From: an uncultured Actinomycetota bacterium
Lineage (GTDB): Bacteria; Actinomycetota; UBA4738; HRBIN12
Length of the DNA stretch: 64,000 bases
Reading direction: 5' to 3'
NCBI GenBank assembly: GCA_963724415.1
Contig: CAVRUS010000005.1
Span: 143,945-207,944, forward strand
Translations under genes and position numbers: made by a program
Part shown: positions 41,502 through 49,623 of the stretch, one piece after another
Numbering within the stretch: the first letter of the stretch is position 1
How the letters are laid out: each line of letters starts with the position of its first letter
Notes under the pieces: generated by a model
Seen by the model: only the letters and a program-made list of their open reading frames with translations
Databases searched by the model: none
Told to the model about the DNA's origin: nothing

Positions 41502-43577
41502 CTATCGGTCGGTCTGCGGACGCCTCCGGGCAGCCACGAGGAGGAGCGCGCCGAGCACGACCAGAGCGCCAGCCCAGGCGGCGAGGAGGCTCGTGTCGGA
41601 CCCCGTGAAGGGGCTCCCACTCCCGCCCGTACCGTCGCCGTCCCCTCCGCCTCCGCTCGCCACGACCGTCACCGTGGCCTCGTCGACGTCGCTCACGGAA
41701 AGGCCGAGGACGTCGGAGCCCGCCGCCGTGCCGATGTTGGTGATGGGGGAGGAGCCGAGGGTGATCTCGGCCGTGAGCTCGGTCGTCTGGCCGATTCCCA
41801 GCGACGGGATGTCCCCGATGTGTCCGATCGTGTCGTCGTCGACCGAGATATCGAAGAGCGTCGTGTCCCCGGTGTTCGTCACCGAGTAGGTGTAGACGAT
41901 CGTCGTGCCGACCGGGCCAGAGGTCGGGCCGGCCGTCTTGTCCAGGTCGATGTCCGGATGGATCACGTCGATGTCGTGCACGTCCGTATCCGACACGGTG
42001 CCCTCGCCGTGGTCGCCGGTGACGGTCGCCACGTTGTGGACCGGGTCGCCGTCACCCGCGACGACCGTGTGGTCGCATTCGAATGACCAGCTCTCGCCCA
42101 CGGCGAGCACGGCGTCGCCGTCGCCATCGGCCGTGAGCGCCGGAGTCCCGTCGCACCGAGGATCCGTGAGGTCGATGTCGATCAGATCGACGCCGCCCGT
42201 GTTCGTGACGTTGAAGACGTAGGTCACGGTGTCGCCGAGGTGCGCCAGGCTGGGACCGCCCTTCTGGAGCCGGATCCGGGGCTCGCAGGCGACCGCGTCC
42301 GTCGCCTCGGCGTGGTTGTCGGGGCCGACGTTCGCGGCGGGCTCGTTTCCGCCCTCGACGTCGACGATGTTCGTGATCGAGCCGCACACCGCACCCGACA
42401 CGACGACCCGGATCGTGACCGAGGCCGATTCCCCCGGGTCGAGGGTGATGGGACCGCATTGGACGGTCGTGTGGGTGATGCCACCCGTCGACGTGGAGCT
42501 CGCGACGGTGCACGCGTGGCCGTCGAACGTCGGGAAGGGAGGGATCGCGACGAACAGCGCCTCACCGGGTGGCAGCTCGTCGAGGAACCTCACGCCTGTC
42601 GCCACCTCGTCGCCGACGTTCGTCACCGTGATCGTGTAGTTGAACTCGTCGTCCTCGTGGAGCAGGCCTTCGGCGTCGGAGGTCTTCGTTACCTGGAGGT
42701 CGGGAGGCGATGGCTCCTCGCACTCCACGGAGTTGGTGACCTCGTTCGAGGTGTTGTTCTCCGTCGCGTCGCCGGTCTCGTTCGCTGCGGACACCTGCGC
42801 CGCGTTCGCGATCGAACCGCAGGCCGTGTCGTCGACGGTCACGGTGATGTCGACCGAGACGCCAGCGCCGGCGCCGATGTCGCCGAGCGCGCAGGTAACC
42901 AGGCCGGCCGCCTCGCTGCACCCCGCGGTGGCATCGACGAACGTCACGCCCGCCGGGAGTTGGTCCGTCGCGTGCACCCCGGTCGCGGTGGCGTCACCGT
43001 CGTTCGTCACGGTGAGCGTGTAGGTGACCGAGTCGCCGTGCTGGACGACGCCCTGCGGATCGTTGGCCTTCACGATCGAGACGTCCGGAGCGGTCGTCAC
43101 GTCGTTCCAGCAGAGGGCGAGATGGCTCACGCCGTAGTAGCCGCCGTCGGGTTTCTGCGGCGTGTGCAGGTCCTGGTCGCCGGTGTCGCCCGCGGGATAG
43201 CTGAACAGGTTGCCCCCGCTCGGACCACCCTTGACGTAGACGCCGAGGATGGGGAGGTTCGAGGACCAGTCCGCGAACCCGGTCGGGCTGTTGTAGCCCG
43301 AGACCGTGACCGTCATCGCGCCGCTCGAGACCTGTCCGTTGCCGGCGACCGAGATGCCGTGATCGAAGCCGAGCTGGCCGCAGTCCCCGTTCGAGGACTG
43401 CGTGTCGGCGATGACGGGGTGAACGCCGTCGGCCGAAGGGGGTCCGGGGGAGTCGACCGGCGGAGCGGCCTGGACGGCGAGGATGCCGATCTGCCCCGCG
43501 CCCGCGACGAGCGCGAGCCACACGACGGGGGCGAGAAGCGCGGTGCGCCTGCGGGCCCGGTGCTTCGGTCTCCTCAT
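41502..43577 (-). CDS. Secreted DUF11-type repeat surface protein C with an SPFTG sorting signal
   Basis: ATG 43577 preceded by GGAGGAGAG. Signal/TM MRRPKHRARRRTALLAPVVWLALVAGAG. Repeats such as VTYTLTVTNDGDATATGVHATDQLPAGV. The C-terminus is GSGSPFTGSDTSLLAAWAGALVVLGALLLVAARRRPQTDR. Confidence 0.75.
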   Translation of the reverse strand: MRRPKHRARRRTALLAPVVWLALVAGAGQIGILAVQAAPPVDSPGPPSADGVHPVIADTQSSNGDCGQLGFDHGISVAGNGQVSSGAMTVTVSGYNSPTGFADWSSNLPILGVYVKGGPSGGNLFSYPAGDTGDQDLHTPQKPDGGYYGVSHLALCWNDVTTAPDVSIVKANDPQGVVQHGDSVTYTLTVTNDGDATATGVHATDQLPAGVTFVDATAGCSEAAGLVTCALGDIGAGAGVSVDITVTVDDTACGSIANAAQVSAANETGDATENNTSNEVTNSVECEEPSPPDLQVTKTSDAEGLLHEDDEFNYTITVTNVGDEVATGVRFLDELPPGEALFVAIPPFPTFDGHACTVASSTSTGGITHTTVQCGPITLDPGESASVTIRVVVSGAVCGSITNIVDVEGGNEPAANVGPDNHAEATDAVACEPRIRLQKGGPSLAHLGDTVTYVFNVTNTGGVDLIDIDLTDPRCDGTPALTADGDGDAVLAVGESWSFECDHTVVAGDGDPVHNVATVTGDHGEGTVSDTDVHDIDVIHPDIDLDKTAGPTSGPVGTTIVYTYSVTNTGDTTLFDISVDDDTIGHIGDIPSLGIGQTTELTAEITLGSSPITNIGTAAGSDVLGLSVSDVDEATVTVVASGGGGDGDGTGGSGSPFTGSDTSLLAAWAGALVVLGALLLVAARRRPQTDR

Positions 43578-43873
43578 CTCTCCTCCTGGTCGGTTCGGTG
43601 CTGGATCGTCTGTCGGCCGGTCGACCCACACCCTAGGGGTCCCGGGGGAGTGGTCCATCGGCCAGATGGCTCAGGTCATCGGCCCGATGGTCGCAGCCGA
43701 TCGCGGGATGGAGCTTCCCATCCGCCTTGCAACGAAGCAAGGACGCGGGCGATCCGCGGACGCGCGCGAGCACACGCGTGCTTTGGGGTCGGGGAGCGCC
43801 CGATCCGCCGTGTTCTGATGAAGGTGACATAATGAACGTTATCGGGGAACGGAAAGGGAGAGGAGCCTCGCGC

Positions 43874-46204
43874 TCACGATGCCGGGGGTCCGCCGCGGTA
43901 CGGCCTTCCGAGCACCCGCAGAGCGATCCCCCAGCGCGTCACGAGCCAGAGGGCTTCGACGACGATCCGGCGCGAGAGCTTGGAATGCCCGTGTTCCCGT
44001 TCTCGGAACGTGATCGGGACCTCTGCGAGCGTCCATCCGCGGAGCCAGGACCGCATCACCAGCTCCACCTGGAAGCCGTAGCCGTCGGCATGGAAGGGCT
44101 CCGCGACGAGGTCCTGGAGGAGCTCGCGCCGGTACGCGCGGTAGCCGCTCGTCGCGTCGTGCAGGGGGAGCCCGAGCATCAGGCGAGCGTAGGTGTTGCC
44201 CATCCTCGAGAGCGCCAGCCGGACGCGGCTCCAGTTGGTGACGGAGCCACCCGGCACGTACCGGCTCCCGACGACCAGGTGGGCCCGACCGCGCGCGGCC
44301 TCGAGGAGCGCACCGAGCTCCGTCGGGTCGTGGGACAGATCCGAGTCCATCTCCACGATCAGGTCGAAGCCCTCCTCGAGCGCCCGGCCGAAGCCCTCCT
44401 CATAGGCGCTCCCGAGCCCCGACCTGGCCGGGCGCTCGACGAGCCGGAGTCTCGGCTCCCCCGCCATCAGCTCGCGAACGATGCCGGCCGTTCCGTCCGG
44501 TGAGGAGTCGTCGACCACGAGCACGTCGACCCCCGGATGCGCCAGCACGCCCGCCACGACCTGGCGGATCGTGGCGGCTTCGTCGAAGGTCGGCAGGATC
44601 ACCATCGTGCGGGCGTCGGCGGCGAGCGGGCCCGGCTGCGGTCGCTCGCGTCGCCGGCCCCGGGGCATCGCGGCGAGACCGATCACGATCGCCAGGGAGA
44701 CGATCGGCACCCAGTCCCCGAGCCGCACCGACCACGTCCGCTCGGTGGACGCGCGGATCGTCCGCCGGATCACCTCCGGTGCGAACAGCTCCGTCTGGTC
44801 GTGGACCCGGCCCGTCGGGTCGATGAACGCGCTGATCCCGGACACGGCGGCATGGACGATCCATCGGCCGTTCTCGATCGCGCGGAGCCGCGACATCTGC
44901 AGGTGCTGCGCCGACGCGGCGGTCTCGTCGTACGCGGCGTTGTTCGTCAGGACGACGAGGAACTCCGCGCCCTGTCGGACGAGCTCGCGGTCGAGCGCGG
45001 GGAAGCTGTTCTCGAAGCAGATCGGCGTGCCGAACGGAGGCAGGCCCGGCGCGCTCACCGTGTGCGGCCCCTCCCCCGGCGTGAGCTCGTAGGCGATCTG
45101 GTCCAGCGCGGAGATCCACCCCACGATCGGCTTCCAAGGGATGTACTCGCCGTAGGGAACGAGATGGCTCTTGCGGTAGACGTCGACCACCGCTCCCCCG
45201 CCGTCGAAGACGACCGCCTGGTTGAAGAGGCGACGGTCCCCGGTGGCGGTCGACCGGATCGCCACCGACGTGGCGCCGCTGACGACCGGAGCGCCGACGT
45301 CGGCGATCGTCCCCCGCACTTCGTCCAGGATCGTGAGAGACCCGGGGTCGAGCGCGCTCTCTCCCCAGATGGCGAGATCGGGAGGGTCCTCTCTCAACGT
45401 CTCGTGAAGGTCCAGGTTGAGCCTCGTCACCGCGACGTCTCCGGCTTCCCGGGTTCGCCCACGGACCCCTTCCCTGAAGTCGACCTGGATCGCGGCCACG
45501 TCGATCGGCCGACCCGCTGCTCCGGCGAACGGGATCACGCCCGGGCCCAGGACGGCCGCGATGGCGAGGGCCACGGCGGCGACTCGGGTCCTCGCGCGGT
45601 CCGCTCCGACGGCCTCGGCGATCAGCGCGGCCGCGAACGCCACCGCGAACGTCACACCGAAGACTCCGCCGACCACGGCCAGGCGCACGGTGACAGGGTT
45701 GGCCACCTGCGAGGCGCCGAGAGATCCCCAGGTGAAGCCGCCGAGCGGCCACAGCCCGCGGAGCCAATCGATCGAGGTCCACAGCGCGGCCGCCCCCACC
45801 GCCGTGAGGAACGGGTGGCCGGCCCGCCGGACGAGGGGGAACAGGGCGCCGAACAGCGCGATGGACAGGGCCGTGAGGACGGTCAGGGCGCCCCACGCGA
45901 GCGTGCCGAAGAGCTGGAGCCACGACAGGGTGAGCCCGAATCCCACGAGACCGAACGCGAGGCCCAGGGCGAAGCCGCGGGCGGGTGTCGCCTCCCGGAG
46001 CGCGATGAACAGCAGCGTGGGGGCGAGGAGCGCGAGCGGCCAGGCGGCTACGGGCGGGAAGGCGAGCGAGAACAGCACGCCACCGATCAGGGAGAGGGCG
46101 AGCGCGACCGGCAGCCTGCGATCGGTCAGGCGCAGTCGCGGCAGAACATCCGCCGTTTGTCCGCGAGCTGGCTGCGATGCTTCACGAGGTAGCAGTTCTT
46201 GCAT
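43874..46204 (-). CDS. ppm1: Fused apolipoprotein N-acyltransferase (Lnt) / polyprenol-monophosphomannose synthase (Ppm1-like, two domains)
   Basis: The N-terminal polytopic region plus CN-hydrolase domain (IWGESALD, ICFENSFP) is followed by a GT2 domain (VILPTFDEAATI, VVDDSSPDGT, EMDSDLSHDP). This is the same architecture as M. tuberculosis Rv2051c. The start is uncertain, because ATG 46204 overlaps the upstream gene by 79 nt. Confidence 0.85.
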   Translation of the reverse strand: MQELLPREASQPARGQTADVLPRLRLTDRRLPVALALSLIGGVLFSLAFPPVAAWPLALLAPTLLFIALREATPARGFALGLAFGLVGFGLTLSWLQLFGTLAWGALTVLTALSIALFGALFPLVRRAGHPFLTAVGAAALWTSIDWLRGLWPLGGFTWGSLGASQVANPVTVRLAVVGGVFGVTFAVAFAAALIAEAVGADRARTRVAAVALAIAAVLGPGVIPFAGAAGRPIDVAAIQVDFREGVRGRTREAGDVAVTRLNLDLHETLREDPPDLAIWGESALDPGSLTILDEVRGTIADVGAPVVSGATSVAIRSTATGDRRLFNQAVVFDGGGAVVDVYRKSHLVPYGEYIPWKPIVGWISALDQIAYELTPGEGPHTVSAPGLPPFGTPICFENSFPALDRELVRQGAEFLVVLTNNAAYDETAASAQHLQMSRLRAIENGRWIVHAAVSGISAFIDPTGRVHDQTELFAPEVIRRTIRASTERTWSVRLGDWVPIVSLAIVIGLAAMPRGRRRERPQPGPLAADARTMVILPTFDEAATIRQVVAGVLAHPGVDVLVVDDSSPDGTAGIVRELMAGEPRLRLVERPARSGLGSAYEEGFGRALEEGFDLIVEMDSDLSHDPTELGALLEAARGRAHLVVGSRYVPGGSVTNWSRVRLALSRMGNTYARLMLGLPLHDATSGYRAYRRELLQDLVAEPFHADGYGFQVELVMRSWLRGWTLAEVPITFREREHGHSKLSRRIVVEALWLVTRWGIALRVLGRPYRGGPPAS

Positions 46205-46491
46205 ACGAACTCGGTGGACTGGATCGGGACGACCCGCGCCTCGATCGGCTCGAGCCGGTCGTCCCCCTTGACGGTCGAGACCGGCACCACCGGCTCGTCC
46301 TCGTCCGCCTCGTCCTCGTCGTCTCGCGCCTCTTGCTTCTCGAGGACCTCCTGGATCGACTCGACATCGGCCCCCGCCGGATCGGCCGGGGGTGCGGCAT
46401 CCTCCAGGTCTTCCTCGGTCGGCTCGAGGTCGTCCAGCGCCTGGTCAGATCCGGCGTCGTCGTCTTCGCGCTCTTCGGTGCGCTCGGCCAC
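46126..46491 (-). CDS. DUF4193 family protein (acidic, C-terminal CxxC...CxxC)
   Basis: GTG 46491 preceded by GGAGGAAC. Acidic N-terminal two-thirds, then EFVCKNCYLVKHRSQLADKRRMFCRDCA. Confidence 0.75.
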   Translation of the reverse strand: MAERTEEREDDDAGSDQALDDLEPTEEDLEDAAPPADPAGADVESIQEVLEKQEARDDEDEADEDEPVVPVSTVKGDDRLEPIEARVVPIQSTEFVCKNCYLVKHRSQLADKRRMFCRDCA

Positions 46492-46836
46492 CTGTTCCTC
46501 CGGTCGGGTCCTCGATACGGCCGCGGATTCTAGCGTTCGCTCCCCCGCTTGGCTCGCACTGACGCCAAGCTCGGTATCGATGCCAAGGTTCGGCACTGGG
46601 GAAAGGGACGCCACGCAGACCCAGGATGTTCCCGGAGCGCGGAACGCGGAAACGCGAAAGCCCGAGAGACCTTTGGGGCCGCGACGCCGGGGCGCCGCGT
46701 TCTCTACTCAGCCTCTCGGGCTCCGCTTGCGCCTCCGCCGGGGCGGCGACGCATGCAGGACGTTACCGACGGCCGGGCCCGAGGGCAACCCGAAGGCAGG
46801 AGAAACAGTGACAAACAACGATCCAGAGCGCCACGA

Positions 46837-48336
46837 TCAGGCGCGGAACACCTCGCGTCCCAGGGAGACCGTGAGGACCGGACGGAGCCCCTCGACGGAG
46901 CGGACCTCCAGCGGGTCGGCGTCGTAGGCGGCGAAGTCCGCGTGCCACCCTGGTTCCAGCGCACCCTTCTTCCCGTCCTGCCTCCCCAGCCGAGCGCTGC
47001 CGACGCGATGCAGCTTGAGCGCTTCCAGGCGTGTGAGTCGCTGGGTCGGCTCGTGATGCTCCTCCAGCGCGGTGATGGCGAGCATCGGGTCCAACGGCGT
47101 GATCGGCGTGTCGGAGCCCACGCCGACCTCGATCCCGCGGTCGAGCATCGTGCGGATCGGGTGCGCCGCCATCGCGCGCGCCGGACCGAGCCGCTCCTCG
47201 TACATGCCCCCTCCGTGTCCCCACAACCGGTCGAACGCAGGCTGCACGGACACCGCGAGTCCGAGCATCGCCGTCCGCTCGATCTGGTCGCCGGAGGGCA
47301 GGACGAAGTGCTCGATCCGATGGCGGCGCGCTCGGAAGTGCCGGCGCTCGCGGGAGTCGAGCGCGAGGTAGACGCGCTCCCAGGTGGCGAGGACCTGCTC
47401 GATCGCCCGATCCCCGATCGCGTGCACACCGACCTGGAGTCCGGCGTTGTGCGCCGCATGGAAGAACTCCGCCATCGTGTCGTCGTCGTGATAGAGCGCT
47501 CCTTGATCCGACCCGTCCTCGTAGGCGTGGGACAGCGCCGCGGTCCGGGCCCCGATCGAGCCGTCGACGGGGAGGTCGCCGCCGATCGCGCGGAACCCAC
47601 GCTCCATCGCATCCGGGAGCGACATCGAGCCGGGCGTCGGGGCGACGTCGACCGGAAGGCGGTTCCGGTGCCCGAGCAGCACGTCGAGATCGGCGACGCT
47701 GAGGGACATCTCGTGGACGGACGTGACCCCCCGTGACGCGGCGAGCCCCGCGGCCTGCAGCTGGTATCCCTCGATCCGCTGCGTGTCGTAGGAGGCCTCG
47801 GCCCACGCGATCGCCCGGCGGTTCGCCTCCCTCGTGAGGCGTCCGGTGGGCCTCCCGTCGGCGTCGGGTTCCACGCCGTCGGCGTCGGTGAGGTCGATCC
47901 CCGTGAGGGTGGACGAGCTCACCACCGAGATGTGTCCGTCCGCCCTCGTCGCCACCACCGGGACGGTCGTGATCTCGTCGAGTTCGTGGATCGTGGGGAG
48001 CTCGTGCCGTTCCCAACGGGTCTCGTCGAACCCCTCGACGTGCACGACGTCGACGCCGTCCGCGGCACGCGCGTGGATCAACGCGAGGAAGTCCTCCTTG
48101 GACGTCGCGTCCCGCACGTCTGCGTTGGCCAGGGCCCTGCCGGTCGCGGTGAGATGGACGTGGCTGTCGATGAACCCGGGGACGATCGTCGTCCCGGGGA
48201 GGTCGATCGTGAGCTCGGCTTGAGGAGGCTCGCCCGTTCCCACGCGCTGGATGTGCCGGTCGTCTACGAGGATCCACTCCCCCATCGTGGGATGGGAAAG
48301 CGTCACGACCCGCGATGCGCGATAGAGGGTCCTCAC
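46837..48336 (-). CDS. Metal-dependent amidohydrolase (YtcJ-like, amidohydrolase 3 family)
   Basis: LVDDRHIQRVGTGE...TIVPGFIDSHVHL (HxH), VGVHAIGDRA, RIEHF and GSDTPITP. GTG 48336 overlaps the stop of the upstream RT-like ORF (GTGA). The longer 665-aa version of this ORF is Arg/Pro-rich and overlaps the RT frame. Confidence 0.8.
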   Translation of the reverse strand: MRTLYRASRVVTLSHPTMGEWILVDDRHIQRVGTGEPPQAELTIDLPGTTIVPGFIDSHVHLTATGRALANADVRDATSKEDFLALIHARAADGVDVVHVEGFDETRWERHELPTIHELDEITTVPVVATRADGHISVVSSSTLTGIDLTDADGVEPDADGRPTGRLTREANRRAIAWAEASYDTQRIEGYQLQAAGLAASRGVTSVHEMSLSVADLDVLLGHRNRLPVDVAPTPGSMSLPDAMERGFRAIGGDLPVDGSIGARTAALSHAYEDGSDQGALYHDDDTMAEFFHAAHNAGLQVGVHAIGDRAIEQVLATWERVYLALDSRERRHFRARRHRIEHFVLPSGDQIERTAMLGLAVSVQPAFDRLWGHGGGMYEERLGPARAMAAHPIRTMLDRGIEVGVGSDTPITPLDPMLAITALEEHHEPTQRLTRLEALKLHRVGSARLGRQDGKKGALEPGWHADFAAYDADPLEVRSVEGLRPVLTVSLGREVFRA

Positions 48337-49052
48337 GGCGCCGCGATGATAGAGGAGTCTCGGTCGCCGAGCAGAACCACCGTCGCCTCGCATCGGTCCT
48401 CGAGGATCCTCGTCTTGTGGCGATGCAGATCCAGGCCGACGGCGGCGGCCGCGGCAGGCAGCGACCCCATCGCCGCCCGCACGTCGGCCGCCGGCCCCCA
48501 GAGCACGACGTCGTCGACCCATCGGAGGTGGGAGACGCCGTTGCTCCGGATCGCGTCGTCGAGCCGCGACAGGACCGCGTTCGCGAGGACCGCCGACGGC
48601 TCCGGGCCGATCGGGAGGCCGCGCACGCCACGGTCGCGGAACCGACGCAGGACGGCGAGCGCGTCCGCGGCATCCGGACCCAGGAGCTCGGCGAGCGTCT
48701 CCGGCGAGATCGATCCGTAGCAGTCCCGGACGTCGGCGACGGCGAACGTCGTGCCACGGGTCGCCTCCCCGATCGCGCGCCGCACGCTCCGCCGCCACGA
48801 GCCTCGGGCCGGTCCCCAGGGTGCGGGCGCCCACGGCTCTCCTCCTGACGAGGCGCGGATCGCGAGCACCTCAGGACCCAGCGATCGCTCGATCCGGCTG
48901 GCGAGCGGACGCACCGCCGCCCGGTACTCGGTCTGATCGACCGCATCGAGCACGGTCAGCCATCGTGTGCCTCCGCCGGGTTTCGGGACCGGGACGGAAC
49001 GGACACCGAGGCGATCGCTCCTGCCCGCGGGCCCGGTGGAACCCCTCCGCAT
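48333..49052 (-). CDS. Minimal reverse-transcriptase-like protein (239 aa, fingers and palm only)
   Basis: ATG preceded by GGGAGGA at a 7-nt spacing, and high GC3. Motifs: RSVPVPKPGGGTRWLTVLD (RT1/2), FAVADVRDCYGSI (A), RGLPIGPEPSAVLANAVLSRLD (B), HLRWVDDVVLWG (C, xxDD) and GLDLHRHKTRI (D/E). Confidence 0.7.
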   Translation of the reverse strand: MRRGSTGPAGRSDRLGVRSVPVPKPGGGTRWLTVLDAVDQTEYRAAVRPLASRIERSLGPEVLAIRASSGGEPWAPAPWGPARGSWRRSVRRAIGEATRGTTFAVADVRDCYGSISPETLAELLGPDAADALAVLRRFRDRGVRGLPIGPEPSAVLANAVLSRLDDAIRSNGVSHLRWVDDVVLWGPAADVRAAMGSLPAAAAAVGLDLHRHKTRILEDRCEATVVLLGDRDSSIIAAP

Positions 49053-49177
49053 CGACGCGTCCTCCCGCGATCGGAGGAGGAGGCGCCGACCGTACCTCCC
49101 GGTTCCCGTGAGGGCAATCGGCCGTCGCGGGGATATCTGACTCCCCCGACCTCGGTTCCGTATGGGACGATGCCGCC

Positions 49178-49621
49178 GTGCTGGACGAGCGGGATCTGGC
49201 GATCCTCACCGCCCTCCAGGCCGAGGCGAGGGCGACGTACGCGGACGTGGGCGCCACCGTCGGGCTCTCGGCGAGCGCGGTCCACGAACGCGTCCGGAAG
49301 CTGGAGCAGCACGGGGTGATCCGGGGATACCGGGCGATCGTGGACCCGGAAGCGGTCGGTCTGTACGTGACGGCGCTGATCGCCGCGATCCCGCTCGACC
49401 CTCATCAGCCCGATGACCTCCCGGCGCGCGTGAAGGAGTTCCCGGAGGTCGAGGACTGCTACTCGGTCGCGGGTGAGGCGAACTACGTGCTGAAGGTGCG
49501 GACGAAGACGACGGGCGACCTCGAGGATCTGATCCGACGGCTGCGGGAGAAGGCGGCCGTGACCACGAACACCACGATCGCGTTGTCGATCCCGTTCGAG
49601 GGCCGCCCGTTGCGTCCGTGA
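49178..49621 (+). CDS. Lrp/AsnC family transcriptional regulator
   Basis: LDERDLAILTALQAEARATYADVGATVGLSASAVHERVRKLEQHGVIRGY plus a RAM/ACT-like C-terminus. Confidence 0.85.
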   Translation: MLDERDLAILTALQAEARATYADVGATVGLSASAVHERVRKLEQHGVIRGYRAIVDPEAVGLYVTALIAAIPLDPHQPDDLPARVKEFPEVEDCYSVAGEANYVLKVRTKTTGDLEDLIRRLREKAAVTTNTTIALSIPFEGRPLRP

Positions 49622-49623
49622 CC

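Noticed and set aside
43727-44503. ORF 43727..44503 (plus, 258 aa) and the AT-richer patch at 43815-43860 considered as a separate gene.
   Set aside because: The ORF is antisense to the well-supported Ppm1 GT2 domain and has no motifs. The AT-richer patch lies just past the ppm1 stop, in the spacer ahead of adhesin C. It is more likely to be terminator or promoter sequence.
46837-48834. The 665-aa version of the amidohydrolase ORF extending across the RT-like region.
   Set aside because: The extra 166 N-terminal residues are Arg/Pro/Gly-rich with no amidohydrolase similarity. The family normally starts close to the ...VVTL...ILVDDRHIQRVG segment. The overlapping frame carries ordered RT motifs and its own Shine-Dalgarno.
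48333-49177. The RT-like ORF considered as part of a retron, DGR or group II intron.
   Set aside because: It has no maturase/X or endonuclease domain, and there is no intron domain V/VI-like RNA. I could see no long inverted repeats typical of msr/msd flanks in the 125-bp upstream region. No template/variable repeat pair or accessory variability gene is present. It is kept as an unclassified RT in the findings instead.
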